A DNA stretch of 64,000 nt from Clostridia bacterium (lineage in GTDB: Bacteria > Bacillota > Clostridia > UBA1212 > UBA1255): the NCBI GenBank assembly GCA_017560765.1, contig JAFZEI010000015.1, positions 397-64,396 of the forward strand, given 5' to 3'. Of the stretch, positions 29,843-39,200 are shown piece after piece (position 1 is the first letter of the stretch; each line of letters starts with the position of its first letter). The notes under the pieces are model-generated. The model had not been told where the DNA came from, ran no database searches, and saw only the letters and a program-made list of their open reading frames with translations. A program made the position numbers and the translations under genes.

Positions 29843-30613
29843 TTATATAGTTATTCTTTCTCCCACAGTCATAAACATAAAATTATTATTTGGATATTGT
29901 TCTTTCATAATGTGGTAAAATTTCCCGGGATTTCCTCCATGGCACGGAAACATTCCGTAATGACTGGGAATAGTAATTTTGGGCTGTAACGCATTACTTA
30001 AATCTGCACAATCCTGTTCATTTAAATTGCCAAATGCTCCGTTTATCGGTGCAATCAACATATCTATTTCTCCAAAAGCCATATATTCTTCTGCTTTTTC
30101 AAGATGCAAACAAGTATCTCCGGCCATATATATTATTTTACCATCTACGGAAATTACCACTCCAAATGCATCCGGTGCGGCATCAGAATGATCGCAGCTT
30201 ACAAAATGCAAATCAAAACCATCCAAAGAGACGCTTTGTCCTGCTTTTACATAATGCACATTGCTTTCCTTCATTTGCAAACGTAAAACTTCTTCTCTGC
30301 ATCGTGTAGATGCAAAAAGCTTAGTATTGGGATTCGACATAAGCAGCGGTATAGAATCTATATCAAAATGGTCTACATGTGCATGAGTTGTTATCAAATA
30401 ATCAAATTCTATATCAAAAGCACCAAATAATTTAGGGAGCATTCTTTTAAAACCAATATTACCTTCAATTCGCTCTACACATTCCGACAAATACAAATCT
30501 ATGCCTAAAAGCTTCCCGTATTTATTTTTTATTATATACCCCGCCTGTCCCACATAAAAAAGATGTGTTTCTCCAAGCCGTGCAGACATAACATTTGTTA
30601 CGAAATCATTCAT
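29843..30613 (-). CDS. MBL-fold metallo-hydrolase
   Basis: 256 aa. THAHVDHFD (HxHxDH) metal-binding motif. Confidence 0.65.
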   Translation of the reverse strand: MNDFVTNVMSARLGETHLFYVGQAGYIIKNKYGKLLGIDLYLSECVERIEGNIGFKRMLPKLFGAFDIEFDYLITTHAHVDHFDIDSIPLLMSNPNTKLFASTRCREEVLRLQMKESNVHYVKAGQSVSLDGFDLHFVSCDHSDAAPDAFGVVISVDGKIIYMAGDTCLHLEKAEEYMAFGEIDMLIAPINGAFGNLNEQDCADLSNALQPKITIPSHYGMFPCHGGNPGKFYHIMKEQYPNNNFMFMTVGERITI

Positions 30614-30629
30614 AAACTATAATACCTAC

Positions 30630-31253
30630 CTATACAGTATTTTGTGACTCTACGTATTCAGCAAAATCCTCCATTGTAACAGAAGTTTCTGAGGATATTC
30701 CTTCCCGCTTAAAAACTGCAGCTACAGTTTTGAAAAGAATTTTTATATCCAATAAAAGGGAAACATTATTCACATAATATAAATCTAATTGAAATCGTTC
30801 CTCCCAAGACAGTAAGTTCCTGCCATTTGCCTGTGCATACCCTGTTAATCCCGGCCTTACATCATGTCTGTGTTTTTGTTCTTCTGAATAGTATGGCAAG
30901 TATTTTACCAATAAAGGCCTGGGGCCGACAATTGACATATCGCCTTTTAATATATTTATTAATTCCGGTAGCTCATCGAGAGAAGATGCTCTCAAAAACT
31001 TTCCATACGGGACCAATCTTTCTTCATCCGGTAAAAGATTATCGTTCGTATCTTTCTCGCAAGTCATTGTCCTGAATTTAATAAGCTTAAAAACCTTCTC
31101 TTTTTTACCCGGTCGTGGTTGTACAAAAAAAGGATTGCCTTTCATAACAATAGCTCCTGCGACAATCATGATTATTATAATCGGCGAAAAAACAATTAAG
31201 GCAGATAAAGAAAAAACAAAATCAAGTATACGTTTAATAAACTTTATGTACAT
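30630..31253 (-). CDS. Small initiating phosphoglycosyltransferase (PglC/WcfS-like bacterial sugar transferase)
   Basis: 207 aa. Single N-terminal re-entrant helix, KFRTM...DELPQL-like DELPELINILKGDMSIVGPRP motif. Confidence 0.8.
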   Translation of the reverse strand: MYIKFIKRILDFVFSLSALIVFSPIIIIMIVAGAIVMKGNPFFVQPRPGKKEKVFKLIKFRTMTCEKDTNDNLLPDEERLVPYGKFLRASSLDELPELINILKGDMSIVGPRPLLVKYLPYYSEEQKHRHDVRPGLTGYAQANGRNLLSWEERFQLDLYYVNNVSLLLDIKILFKTVAAVFKREGISSETSVTMEDFAEYVESQNTV

Positions 31254-31254
31254 A

Positions 31255-32442
31255 TTAAAAACAACTCTTTATTATCTCAATTACAACATCTTGCTCTTGC
31301 TCTGTCATTTTTATATCACTGGGCAAGCACAATCCCCTATTAAATATATCTTCACATACACAAAAATTATCAGCTTGTACAACACCACAATTTTTAAATA
31401 CAGGTTGCATATGCATCGGCTTCCATATTGGTCTCGACTCAACATTGTACGAAGCCAATTTTTCGCGAATTTCCTCAGGACAAGACTTTCCTTTTTCGCT
31501 AATATATGTAAATTCCTTTTCTTGGCGAATTTGCTTGCACATTGCTTCTTTATCAATAATTATGCAACTAAGCCAATAATTTGGTTCCATTCTTTTCTCA
31601 TCATAAGGATTCATTTTTAAAGGAAGATTCTTTAAACCTTCTTTGTATCTTTCATATATAGCCTTTTTGGCTTTTACATGCTCATCAAGATGTAATAATT
31701 GTCCTCTGCCTATCCCGGCAAGGACATTGCTTAATCGATAATTGTACCCCACAATCTCATGCTGATACCATGGAGCATCTTCTTTTGCTTGTGTAGACAT
31801 CTTTCTTGCCAAGTCTATGGCGTTTTTATCATTGCTTAATAACATTCCGCCGCTACTGCAAGTAATAATTTTGTTTCCGTTAAAGCTTATTACACCATAA
31901 TCTCCATAGTTGCCCGTTTGTACTCCTTCAAAAGTTGCACCTAAAGACTCCGCCGCATCTTCAATCAAAACAGCATTGTGTCTTTTGCAGATAGCTTTTA
32001 TTTCGTCTAATTTTGCAGGCACGCCATAAAGGTTCGTCACAATAACAGCCTTTGCATCACCGTAAATCTCAAAAGCTCTTTCAAGTGCTTTCGGATCCAT
32101 ATTCCATGTTTCTGTTTCGCTATCAATAAAAACAGGCTCTGCTGCTTCATAAACAACGGGATTTACCGTTGCAATAAAAGTCATATCCATACAAAAAACT
32201 TTATCTCCCGGTTTAACACCGGCTAATTTAACTGCTAAATGCAAAGATGTTGTTCCTGAAGACAATGCCAAAGAGTAATGACATCCTACTTTATCACAAA
32301 TTGCTTGCTCTAATTGATTTATATTTTCACCCAATGTGCTGACCCAATTTGTATCAAAAGCTTCATCAACAAAAAGTCGTTCCTCAGAATGCATCGTAGG
32401 TGTTGCTAGCCATATTTTTTTATCAAAGGGTTTAATTACCAT
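31255..32442 (-). CDS. DegT/DnrJ/EryC1/StrS-family PLP sugar aminotransferase (PglE-like)
   Basis: 395 aa. Typical fold-type I sugar aminotransferase layout with conserved Lys region (FNGNKIIT). Confidence 0.85.
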   Translation of the reverse strand: MVIKPFDKKIWLATPTMHSEERLFVDEAFDTNWVSTLGENINQLEQAICDKVGCHYSLALSSGTTSLHLAVKLAGVKPGDKVFCMDMTFIATVNPVVYEAAEPVFIDSETETWNMDPKALERAFEIYGDAKAVIVTNLYGVPAKLDEIKAICKRHNAVLIEDAAESLGATFEGVQTGNYGDYGVISFNGNKIITCSSGGMLLSNDKNAIDLARKMSTQAKEDAPWYQHEIVGYNYRLSNVLAGIGRGQLLHLDEHVKAKKAIYERYKEGLKNLPLKMNPYDEKRMEPNYWLSCIIIDKEAMCKQIRQEKEFTYISEKGKSCPEEIREKLASYNVESRPIWKPMHMQPVFKNCGVVQADNFCVCEDIFNRGLCLPSDIKMTEQEQDVVIEIIKSCF

Positions 32443-32446
32443 TTTT

Positions 32447-34477
32447 TCACCTTACTATCTTAGTTTGCTCCTGACAAATCGAATCATTCTCAATAAAATT
32501 CGAGTTACCCGCAGGCTTATACGTAGTTACAATTTTCATAACCATTTCTCTTACATCATCATCTCTGTTTTCAAAGCACGCCTTCATTAAAAACTGTAGC
32601 TGATGCAAAAACTTATCCGTATCAAAATTTATAGGCTTTCCTATATGTATAAGTTTATTGGGAGTACTTGTTATACCCTCTTCAGCCATAAGCTTCTCCT
32701 CAAAAAGCTTCTCTCCCGGCCTTAAACCAATATATTCAATTTTAATATTAACATCAGGAATATAACCTGACAATTTAATTAAATTTCTCGCTAATGTATC
32801 AATTTTCATCGGAGAACCCATATCCAAAACAAAGATTTCTCCGCCCTTCGCATACGTTTCTGCCTGCAGAACGAGAGAGACAGCCTCCGGAATAGTCATA
32901 AAATAACGTATTATATCAGGATGTGTAACTTTTACAGGTCCACCGTTTGCAATTTGTTTTTTAAACAAAGGAATTACAGACCCGTTGCTGCCCAAAACAT
33001 TACCGAAGCGCACAGCAACAAATTCCGTATGAATCTCTCCGGGATGTTTACACGGCATTTTAAATTCCCCATCCTCATCCTCAACATGAGCCTGTATAAC
33101 AGGAAGCTCGTCCGCTCTGCCTTCCTTAATAAGCTTATCAAAAGACTGAATTATCATCTCGCACAAACGCTTGCTGGCGCCCATAATATTTGTTGGGTTA
33201 ACCGCCTTATCTGTCGAAATCAAAACAAAGCGTTTGCAACCATTCATAATAGCAGCATATGCTGTCTTGTATGTTCCGATGGCATTATTTTTTATAGCTT
33301 CGCAAGGGCTACTCTCCATAAGAGGAACATGCTTGTGTGCCGCAGCATGGAAGACAATTTCAGGCTTGTACTTATTAAAAACCTGGTTTAACTTACGGCT
33401 GTCTCTGACTGAGCCTATAAGCACCACAAGATTTAATCCGTAACACGTTTCCTTAAGCTCTTGCTCTATATCATAAGCATTGTTCTCATAAACATCAAAA
33501 ATTATCAACTGCTTAGGTGCATGTTTTGCAATCTGTCTGCACAACTCACTGCCAATTGAACCGCCGCCGCCTGTAACAAGAATTACCTTTCCGCTCAACT
33601 GACGGAAAATGTCACTCATTTCTACCTTTATCGGTTCTCTTCCCAAAAGATCTTCCACCGCAATATCCTTCATGGCAGCAACAGAAACATCACCGTTAAC
33701 AAGCTGGTATAAGCCGGGCAGATTTTTTACTTCGCATTTTGTGTTTTGGCAAATATTAAGTATTTCACTTTTGACTTCGGCAGAACAACTGGGAATAGCA
33801 AAATATATCTTCTCTATATTGTACTTTTCTACATTTACTAAAATATCGTCACGTCCGCCTACTATCGGTACGCCATCAAGATATCTTCCCCATTTACTGC
33901 TATCGTCATCAATTATACAGCAAACAACATCCTTGATTGTTGTTGCTCTTTTAACATCCTGTAAAATCATTTGTCCTGCAGAACCGGCACCAATCAGCAT
34001 AACTTTTGAAAAACCTGCCCCTGAGGTATTTTTTATTGCACTGTTTCTTTGTAACAGAATAAAACGATATCCAAAACGCACTGTAATCAAGAAAACAAAC
34101 TGTATTATTGAGCCAAATAAATGATATGAAAAAATCATTTGTTTAAAAATAACTGTAATTCCTATCCAGTGAGCAACAGAAGTAATAATTGATGCCAATA
34201 AAATTCTGGAAAACTCATTAAAACTTGCATATCTCCACAAGCTGCGATAAAGTCTGAGCAAAAAGAAAATAACAATGCAAAAGACAGAATATATCGGTGC
34301 AAATTTTGCAAACGGTTCTAAATATCCACTGCTTTCTACCAAAGAAAACTTACAGTCAAATCTAAACCACAATCCTAAAAAATATGATAAATTAACAGCA
34401 ATCACATCATAAAAAACAAGTAATATCGCTGCATAATTAATAGATTTTTTTTGTTCAATCGATTTGTTGTTATTCAT
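32447..34477 (-). CDS. Membrane-bound UDP-HexNAc 4,6-dehydratase (PglF/CapD/WbpM family)
   Basis: N-terminal TM helices and two Rossmann regions (IGAGSAGQ; VLVTGGGGSIGSEL). ORF track begins at GTG 34648. ATG 34477 (MNNNKSIEQ...) has a perfect AGGAGG RBS at 6-nt spacing and the upstream 57 codons are Lys-rich AT-rich read-through, so 34477 is taken as start. Confidence 0.8.
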   Translation of the reverse strand: MNNNKSIEQKKSINYAAILLVFYDVIAVNLSYFLGLWFRFDCKFSLVESSGYLEPFAKFAPIYSVFCIVIFFLLRLYRSLWRYASFNEFSRILLASIITSVAHWIGITVIFKQMIFSYHLFGSIIQFVFLITVRFGYRFILLQRNSAIKNTSGAGFSKVMLIGAGSAGQMILQDVKRATTIKDVVCCIIDDDSSKWGRYLDGVPIVGGRDDILVNVEKYNIEKIYFAIPSCSAEVKSEILNICQNTKCEVKNLPGLYQLVNGDVSVAAMKDIAVEDLLGREPIKVEMSDIFRQLSGKVILVTGGGGSIGSELCRQIAKHAPKQLIIFDVYENNAYDIEQELKETCYGLNLVVLIGSVRDSRKLNQVFNKYKPEIVFHAAAHKHVPLMESSPCEAIKNNAIGTYKTAYAAIMNGCKRFVLISTDKAVNPTNIMGASKRLCEMIIQSFDKLIKEGRADELPVIQAHVEDEDGEFKMPCKHPGEIHTEFVAVRFGNVLGSNGSVIPLFKKQIANGGPVKVTHPDIIRYFMTIPEAVSLVLQAETYAKGGEIFVLDMGSPMKIDTLARNLIKLSGYIPDVNIKIEYIGLRPGEKLFEEKLMAEEGITSTPNKLIHIGKPINFDTDKFLHQLQFLMKACFENRDDDVREMVMKIVTTYKPAGNSNFIENDSICQEQTKIVR

Positions 34478-34541
34478 CTTTTGCCTCCTTTTCTTTAATA
34501 CTTTTTTATTTCTTTTTTGTATGCTTCGCCAACCTAAACAT

Positions 34542-34571
34542 ATATTAATTTTGTTTAGATGCTTTTGTAAA
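34542..34571 (-). promoter_or_regulatory. Candidate proximal sigmaA promoter of the polysaccharide operon (-35 TTTACA, 18 nt, -10 TAATAT)
   Basis: Minus-strand reading: -35 at 34566-34571, -10 at 34542-34547, about 58 nt upstream of ATG 34477. Confidence 0.3.
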
Positions 34572-34690
34572 AAATATATCTTTTTGTTGTCTGAAACGAG
34601 CGTAAAGCTACGATTTAAGACAAAACAAAAGTCATACAAAAAAAGCACAAACAGAACAAACCATTCGCTGTTTAATTTTATTTCTTAAAC

Positions 34691-34719
34691 ACCTTTTTGT
34701 CAAGTAAAACATAGCTATA
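34691..34719 (-). promoter_or_regulatory. Candidate distal sigmaA promoter of the polysaccharide operon (-35 TTGACA, 17 nt, -10 TAAAAT)
   Basis: Minus-strand reading: -35 at 34714-34719, -10 at 34691-34696. Would give a leader of about 200 nt. Confidence 0.35.
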
Positions 34720-34848
34720 CAAAAGGGGCTTTTCTTTGAGTTTGTGTATATTTTTGTCAAAAATTTACACTGTTTTTTTAAATTTGTTTTTCATTGAAAA
34801 TCATGTTATACTATTTAAAATTATCACTCAAATAGCGGGAGGAAAATA

Positions 34849-35220
34849 ATGAGAATACACGAATCGGGAGAAAACTATTTAGAAGCTATTTTCAATATCC
34901 GAAAACGTACAGGAGCATGCCGTTCAGTAGATGTTGCAAGAGAACTTGGATTCTCAAAACCTTCTGTAAGCATAATGATGCGAGAATTACGTGAAAACGG
35001 TTTTATAGAAATAGATGATTCAAATGATATTTCTCTGACCGAATCCGGTATGAATATCGCTCTTTCAATTTCAGAACGCCACGAAATAATAGCCAGAACT
35101 CTTATTATGTTGGGCGTTCCGGAGGATATTGCTTTAATTGATGCCTGCAAAATAGAACATGATTTAAGTACGGTTTCTTTTGAAAAAATAAAGGAATATT
35201 ACATCAAGAACAAAAAATAA
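34849..35220 (+). CDS. DtxR/MntR-family metal-dependent transcriptional repressor
   Basis: 123 aa. ENYLEAIF...SVDVARELGFSKPSVSIMMRELRENGFIE winged-helix plus metal-binding/dimerisation segment of MntR-like regulators. Confidence 0.7.
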   Translation: MRIHESGENYLEAIFNIRKRTGACRSVDVARELGFSKPSVSIMMRELRENGFIEIDDSNDISLTESGMNIALSISERHEIIARTLIMLGVPEDIALIDACKIEHDLSTVSFEKIKEYYIKNKK

Positions 35221-35309
35221 GCATATCAAAACCATGGATTTATTTTACTCTTCTCTTTTTATATTTTTACGAGTATAATATGTAAAGTCTCAGAAAGGGG
35301 GCTGATATC

Positions 35310-36221
35310 ATGAGAATAGAAAAAATTTCTAAAAACACTGTTAATGTATACATTTCCCATAACGACCTTGCCGCAAGACATCTTTCTTTTGCTTCCTTAA
35401 AAGAGGATTCTGCAGATTATACAAAGCTTGTATGGGATGCAATAGATCATGCAAACATAGAATTTGGCCGTGAAATCGACGATCGTCAGCTTCGCGTTGT
35501 TAACAGATTTGACAACGATGGTTGTCTCGTTCTTACTATTTCACATAGTATCGATGAAGACTCCCACGAAGGAGCACTTTATGACGAAGAAAATCCTCTT
35601 TTAGAGCATTTTGATAAAATATTAAATGCCGCTGCAGATTCTATGCGTAAAGAGTTAGGTTTAAATTCAAATAACAAAACAAGAAAGACTTCACAAGATA
35701 CTAACGCGGAGCAAAATCCCAACGGCACGGCTTTTCGCAATATTTTTCAGAAAATAAATGCCGAAACAGATGCGCGCAAGAATTTCCGTTATAACACAGG
35801 GAAGAAAAGTGAGCCGGCTCAAGAAGAAAATTACGACGATATAGCTGAAAATAAAGCAGCAGAAGGAATTCCGGAGTCAAACGACAATCGTGAACATGCA
35901 GAAGAGCGCAAAAACCATCTTCTCCCGGATTGGGATATTATTGTGTTCCCGGTTTTTACAGATATGGTAGAATTTTTCTCAAAAAACCAAAACTTTAAAA
36001 GAATAGCTTCTTCTTTATACGGATATCGCGGAGCATATTATTTGCTCCTCAAACCAAACAGCAAAAACCAACACACCGTAGAACGGTTAGAAGCTCTTGT
36101 TGTCGATTATAATGCCACCTATTTGCCTGCAGAATCTTTTCTTCCATTATTGTTAGAGAGAGGAAAAGTCATCATGGAATCAGGTGCAATCTCAAAGATT
36201 ATTAAACACTTTACTTTATAA
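35310..36221 (+). CDS. mecA: Adaptor protein MecA (ClpC adaptor)
   Basis: 303 aa. N-terminal MRIEKISKNTVNVYISHNDL...LVLTIS and C-terminal ...YGYRGAYYLLLKPN...ALVVDYNATY...ISKIIKHF match MecA N- and C-domains separated by an acidic low-complexity linker. Confidence 0.6.
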   Translation: MRIEKISKNTVNVYISHNDLAARHLSFASLKEDSADYTKLVWDAIDHANIEFGREIDDRQLRVVNRFDNDGCLVLTISHSIDEDSHEGALYDEENPLLEHFDKILNAAADSMRKELGLNSNNKTRKTSQDTNAEQNPNGTAFRNIFQKINAETDARKNFRYNTGKKSEPAQEENYDDIAENKAAEGIPESNDNREHAEERKNHLLPDWDIIVFPVFTDMVEFFSKNQNFKRIASSLYGYRGAYYLLLKPNSKNQHTVERLEALVVDYNATYLPAESFLPLLLERGKVIMESGAISKIIKHFTL

Positions 36222-36240
36222 AAATTTTTATTTTCTCTAT

Positions 36241-36273
36241 AAAAAAAGCACTCGAGAAATCCCGAGTGCTTTA
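36241..36273. terminator. Bidirectional intrinsic terminator between mecA (+) and PFOR (-)
   Basis: A7 - GCACTCGAG aaat CCCGAGTGC - TTT. GC-rich 8-9 bp stem flanked by A-run and T-run. Confidence 0.5.
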
Positions 36274-36299
36274 AATTATGCTTTATTTTACGATAAGGA

Positions 36300-39200
36300 T
36301 TATTCCTGTACCTCGTAAAGATCTTTCATCTTAAGCAAGCGATTGTAACGAGCCTTAGCCTCTTCCTCTGCCTCAGCAAAGAGTTTTTCTGCTCTTTCAG
36401 GGAATTGCTGTTTAAGACGACTGTAACGTGTCTCACTCTCAATAAATGCAATGTAACTCTCAGTAGGAGCTTTGCAATCAATTGTAAGAGGATTCTTGCC
36501 TTCTGCCTTAAGCTCAGGATTGAAACGGAATGTCTGCCAGTAACCTGCAGCAACTGCCTTCTTCATCTCCTCTTGGCAATTTGACATACCGCCTTTAACA
36601 CCATGCATCTCACAAGGAGCATATCCGATGATGATTGAAGGTCCTTTGTATGCTTCCGCCTCTTTCAATGCTTTAATAGTCTGATTCATATCAGCACCCA
36701 TAGCAATTTGAGCCACGTAAACATATCCGTATGACATAGCAATTTCAGCGAGATTCTTCTTGCCTATTGCCTTACCTGCTGCAGCAAACTGAGCAACCTG
36801 ACCAAGACGGCTTGCCTTAGAAGCCTGACCACCTGTATTAGAGTAAACCTCTGTATCGAATACCATGATATTTACGTCCTCACCGGAAGCAATAACATGG
36901 TCAAGACCGCCAAATCCAATATCATAAGCCCAACCGTCTCCGCCGAAAATCCAAACTGACTTCTTAGCGAGGAATTCTTTGCTTGAAAGGATTTCTTTAC
37001 GCTCACAGCAATCACAATCAATACTTTCAAGTTTTGCAATAAGTTTCTCAGAAGCAACTGCATTTGCTGCTCCGTCATCTACAGTATCAAGATATGCTGT
37101 GCAAAGTTCTTTAAGCTCAGCACATTCTGTTCTGCCGGCAATTCTCTCAACGCAAGCAATAAGTCTGTCTCTTACAGCTTTTTGTCCCAAGAACATACCA
37201 AGACCATGCTCAGCATTATCCTCAAACAAGCTGTTACCCCATGCAGGACCGCGACCTGAATCACGGTTAACTGTATAAGGAGTTGCAGGAGCACTACCAC
37301 CCCAAATAGAAGAACATCCTGTTGCGTTTGAAATATACATACGTTCACCAAAGAGCTGTGTAATAAGTCTTGCGTATGATGTCTCTGCACAACCTGCACA
37401 TGAGCCTGAGAATTCAAGCAAGGGCTGGTTGAACTGGCTTCCCTTAACAGTGAAGTCGCTGAAAGATGTAGGTTTCTTTGTAACAGTTGCAACTGTATAA
37501 TCGAATGCATCTTGTTGAGCTGCCTGAGACTCTTGAGAAACCATCTTAAGAGCTTTTTCTTTAGCAGGACAAACTTTAACACAAAGTCCGCATCCCATAC
37601 AATCAAGAGGACTGATTGACATTGTGAATGTGTATTCCTCACAGCCTTTACCCTTCATTTGAACTTTCTTTGTTGACTCAGGAGCTGCGTCTGCCTCTTC
37701 TTTGCTCATCGCAAAAGGACGAATTGTAGCATGAGGACAAACATAAGCACACTGGTTACATTGAATACAGTTCTCCGGAATCCACTCGGGCACATCTACT
37801 GCAACACCGCGTTTTTCGAAAGCAGAAGAACCTTGCGGGAAAGTACCGTCTGCCATATCAGCAAATACTGAAACAGGCAATGAGTCTCCCTGCATCATAC
37901 CAACAGGCTTCAATATCTCGTTAACAAATTTAACCATTTCAGGACGATTGCTCTTAACGTCAGAAGCTACAGCATCAGACTTTGCATCTTTCCATGAAGT
38001 AGGAACATCAATTTTAACGATAGCATCTACACCTGCATCGATTGCTTTGTAGTTCATTTCAACTACTGCCTCACCTTTTTTAAGGTAAGACTTCTTAGCA
38101 GCAGCCTTCATGTAATCTACAGCTTCTTCGATAGGCATAATGTTCGCAAGAGCAAAGAATGCAGATTGGAGAATTGTATTTGTTCTCTTACCCATACCGA
38201 TTTCTCTTGCTTTATCAATAGCATTTACTATATAGAACTTAACGTCATTTTCTGCAATATACTTCTTTGCCTCTGCAGGAAGGTGCTTTTCAACCTCCTC
38301 AGGTGTCCATTGACAGTTAAGAAGGAAAATTCCGCCGGGTTTAACGTCATTTACAATCTTATATCCCTTAACTATATATGAAGGATTGTGGCAAGCTACA
38401 AAGTCAGCTTTTGTTACATAATATGAAGACTTAATAGCCTTATCACCAAAACGCAAGTGCGAAATTGTTACGCCGCCTGTTTTCTTAGAGTCATACTGGA
38501 AGTATGCCTGAATAAACTTGTCTGTATGGTCACCGATAATTTTGATTGAGTTCTTGTTTGCACCAACAGTTCCGTCACCGCCGAGACCCCAGAACTTACA
38601 GCTGATTGTGCCTGCAGGAGCTGTATCCGGAGCAACTTTCTCTTCTAATGAACGATTTGTAACGTCATCAACAATACCGATAGAGAAGTTAGCCTTAGGC
38701 TCGTCTGCTTTGAGGTTCTCATATACTGCAAATATGCTTTGCGGAGGAGTATCTTTTGAACCGAGACCGTAACGGCCACCTACAACTTTAGCGTTTATAC
38801 CTTTTGTTGCAAGAGCAGTAACAACATCCAAGTAAAGAGGCTCACCCAAAGATCCGGGCTCTTTTGTTCTGTCAAGAACTGCGATTTTCTTTGCTGTAGC
38901 AGGAATTGCTTCAACAAGTTTTTCTGCGCTGAAAGGTCTGTAAAGACGAACTTTAACGAGACCTACTTTCTCGCCTTGTGCGAGCATATAATCGATAACT
39001 TCTTCAGCTACATCACAGATTGAACCCATTGCTACGATAACTCTGTCTGCATCGGGTGCACCATAGTAGTTAAAGAGTTTGTAATTTGTACCGATTTCAG
39101 CATTAACCTTATCCATATATTCTTCAACAATTGCAGGAAGAGCATCGTAATATTTATTACATGCTTCTCTGTGCTGGAAGAAAATGTCTCCGTTTTCTGC

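Noticed and set aside
34478-34648. N-terminal 57-codon extension of the capD/pglF ORF starting at GTG 34648
   Set aside because: The extension is Lys/Asn-rich AT-rich sequence with no RBS. ATG 34477 has a perfect AGGAGG RBS and gives a typical PglF N-terminus.
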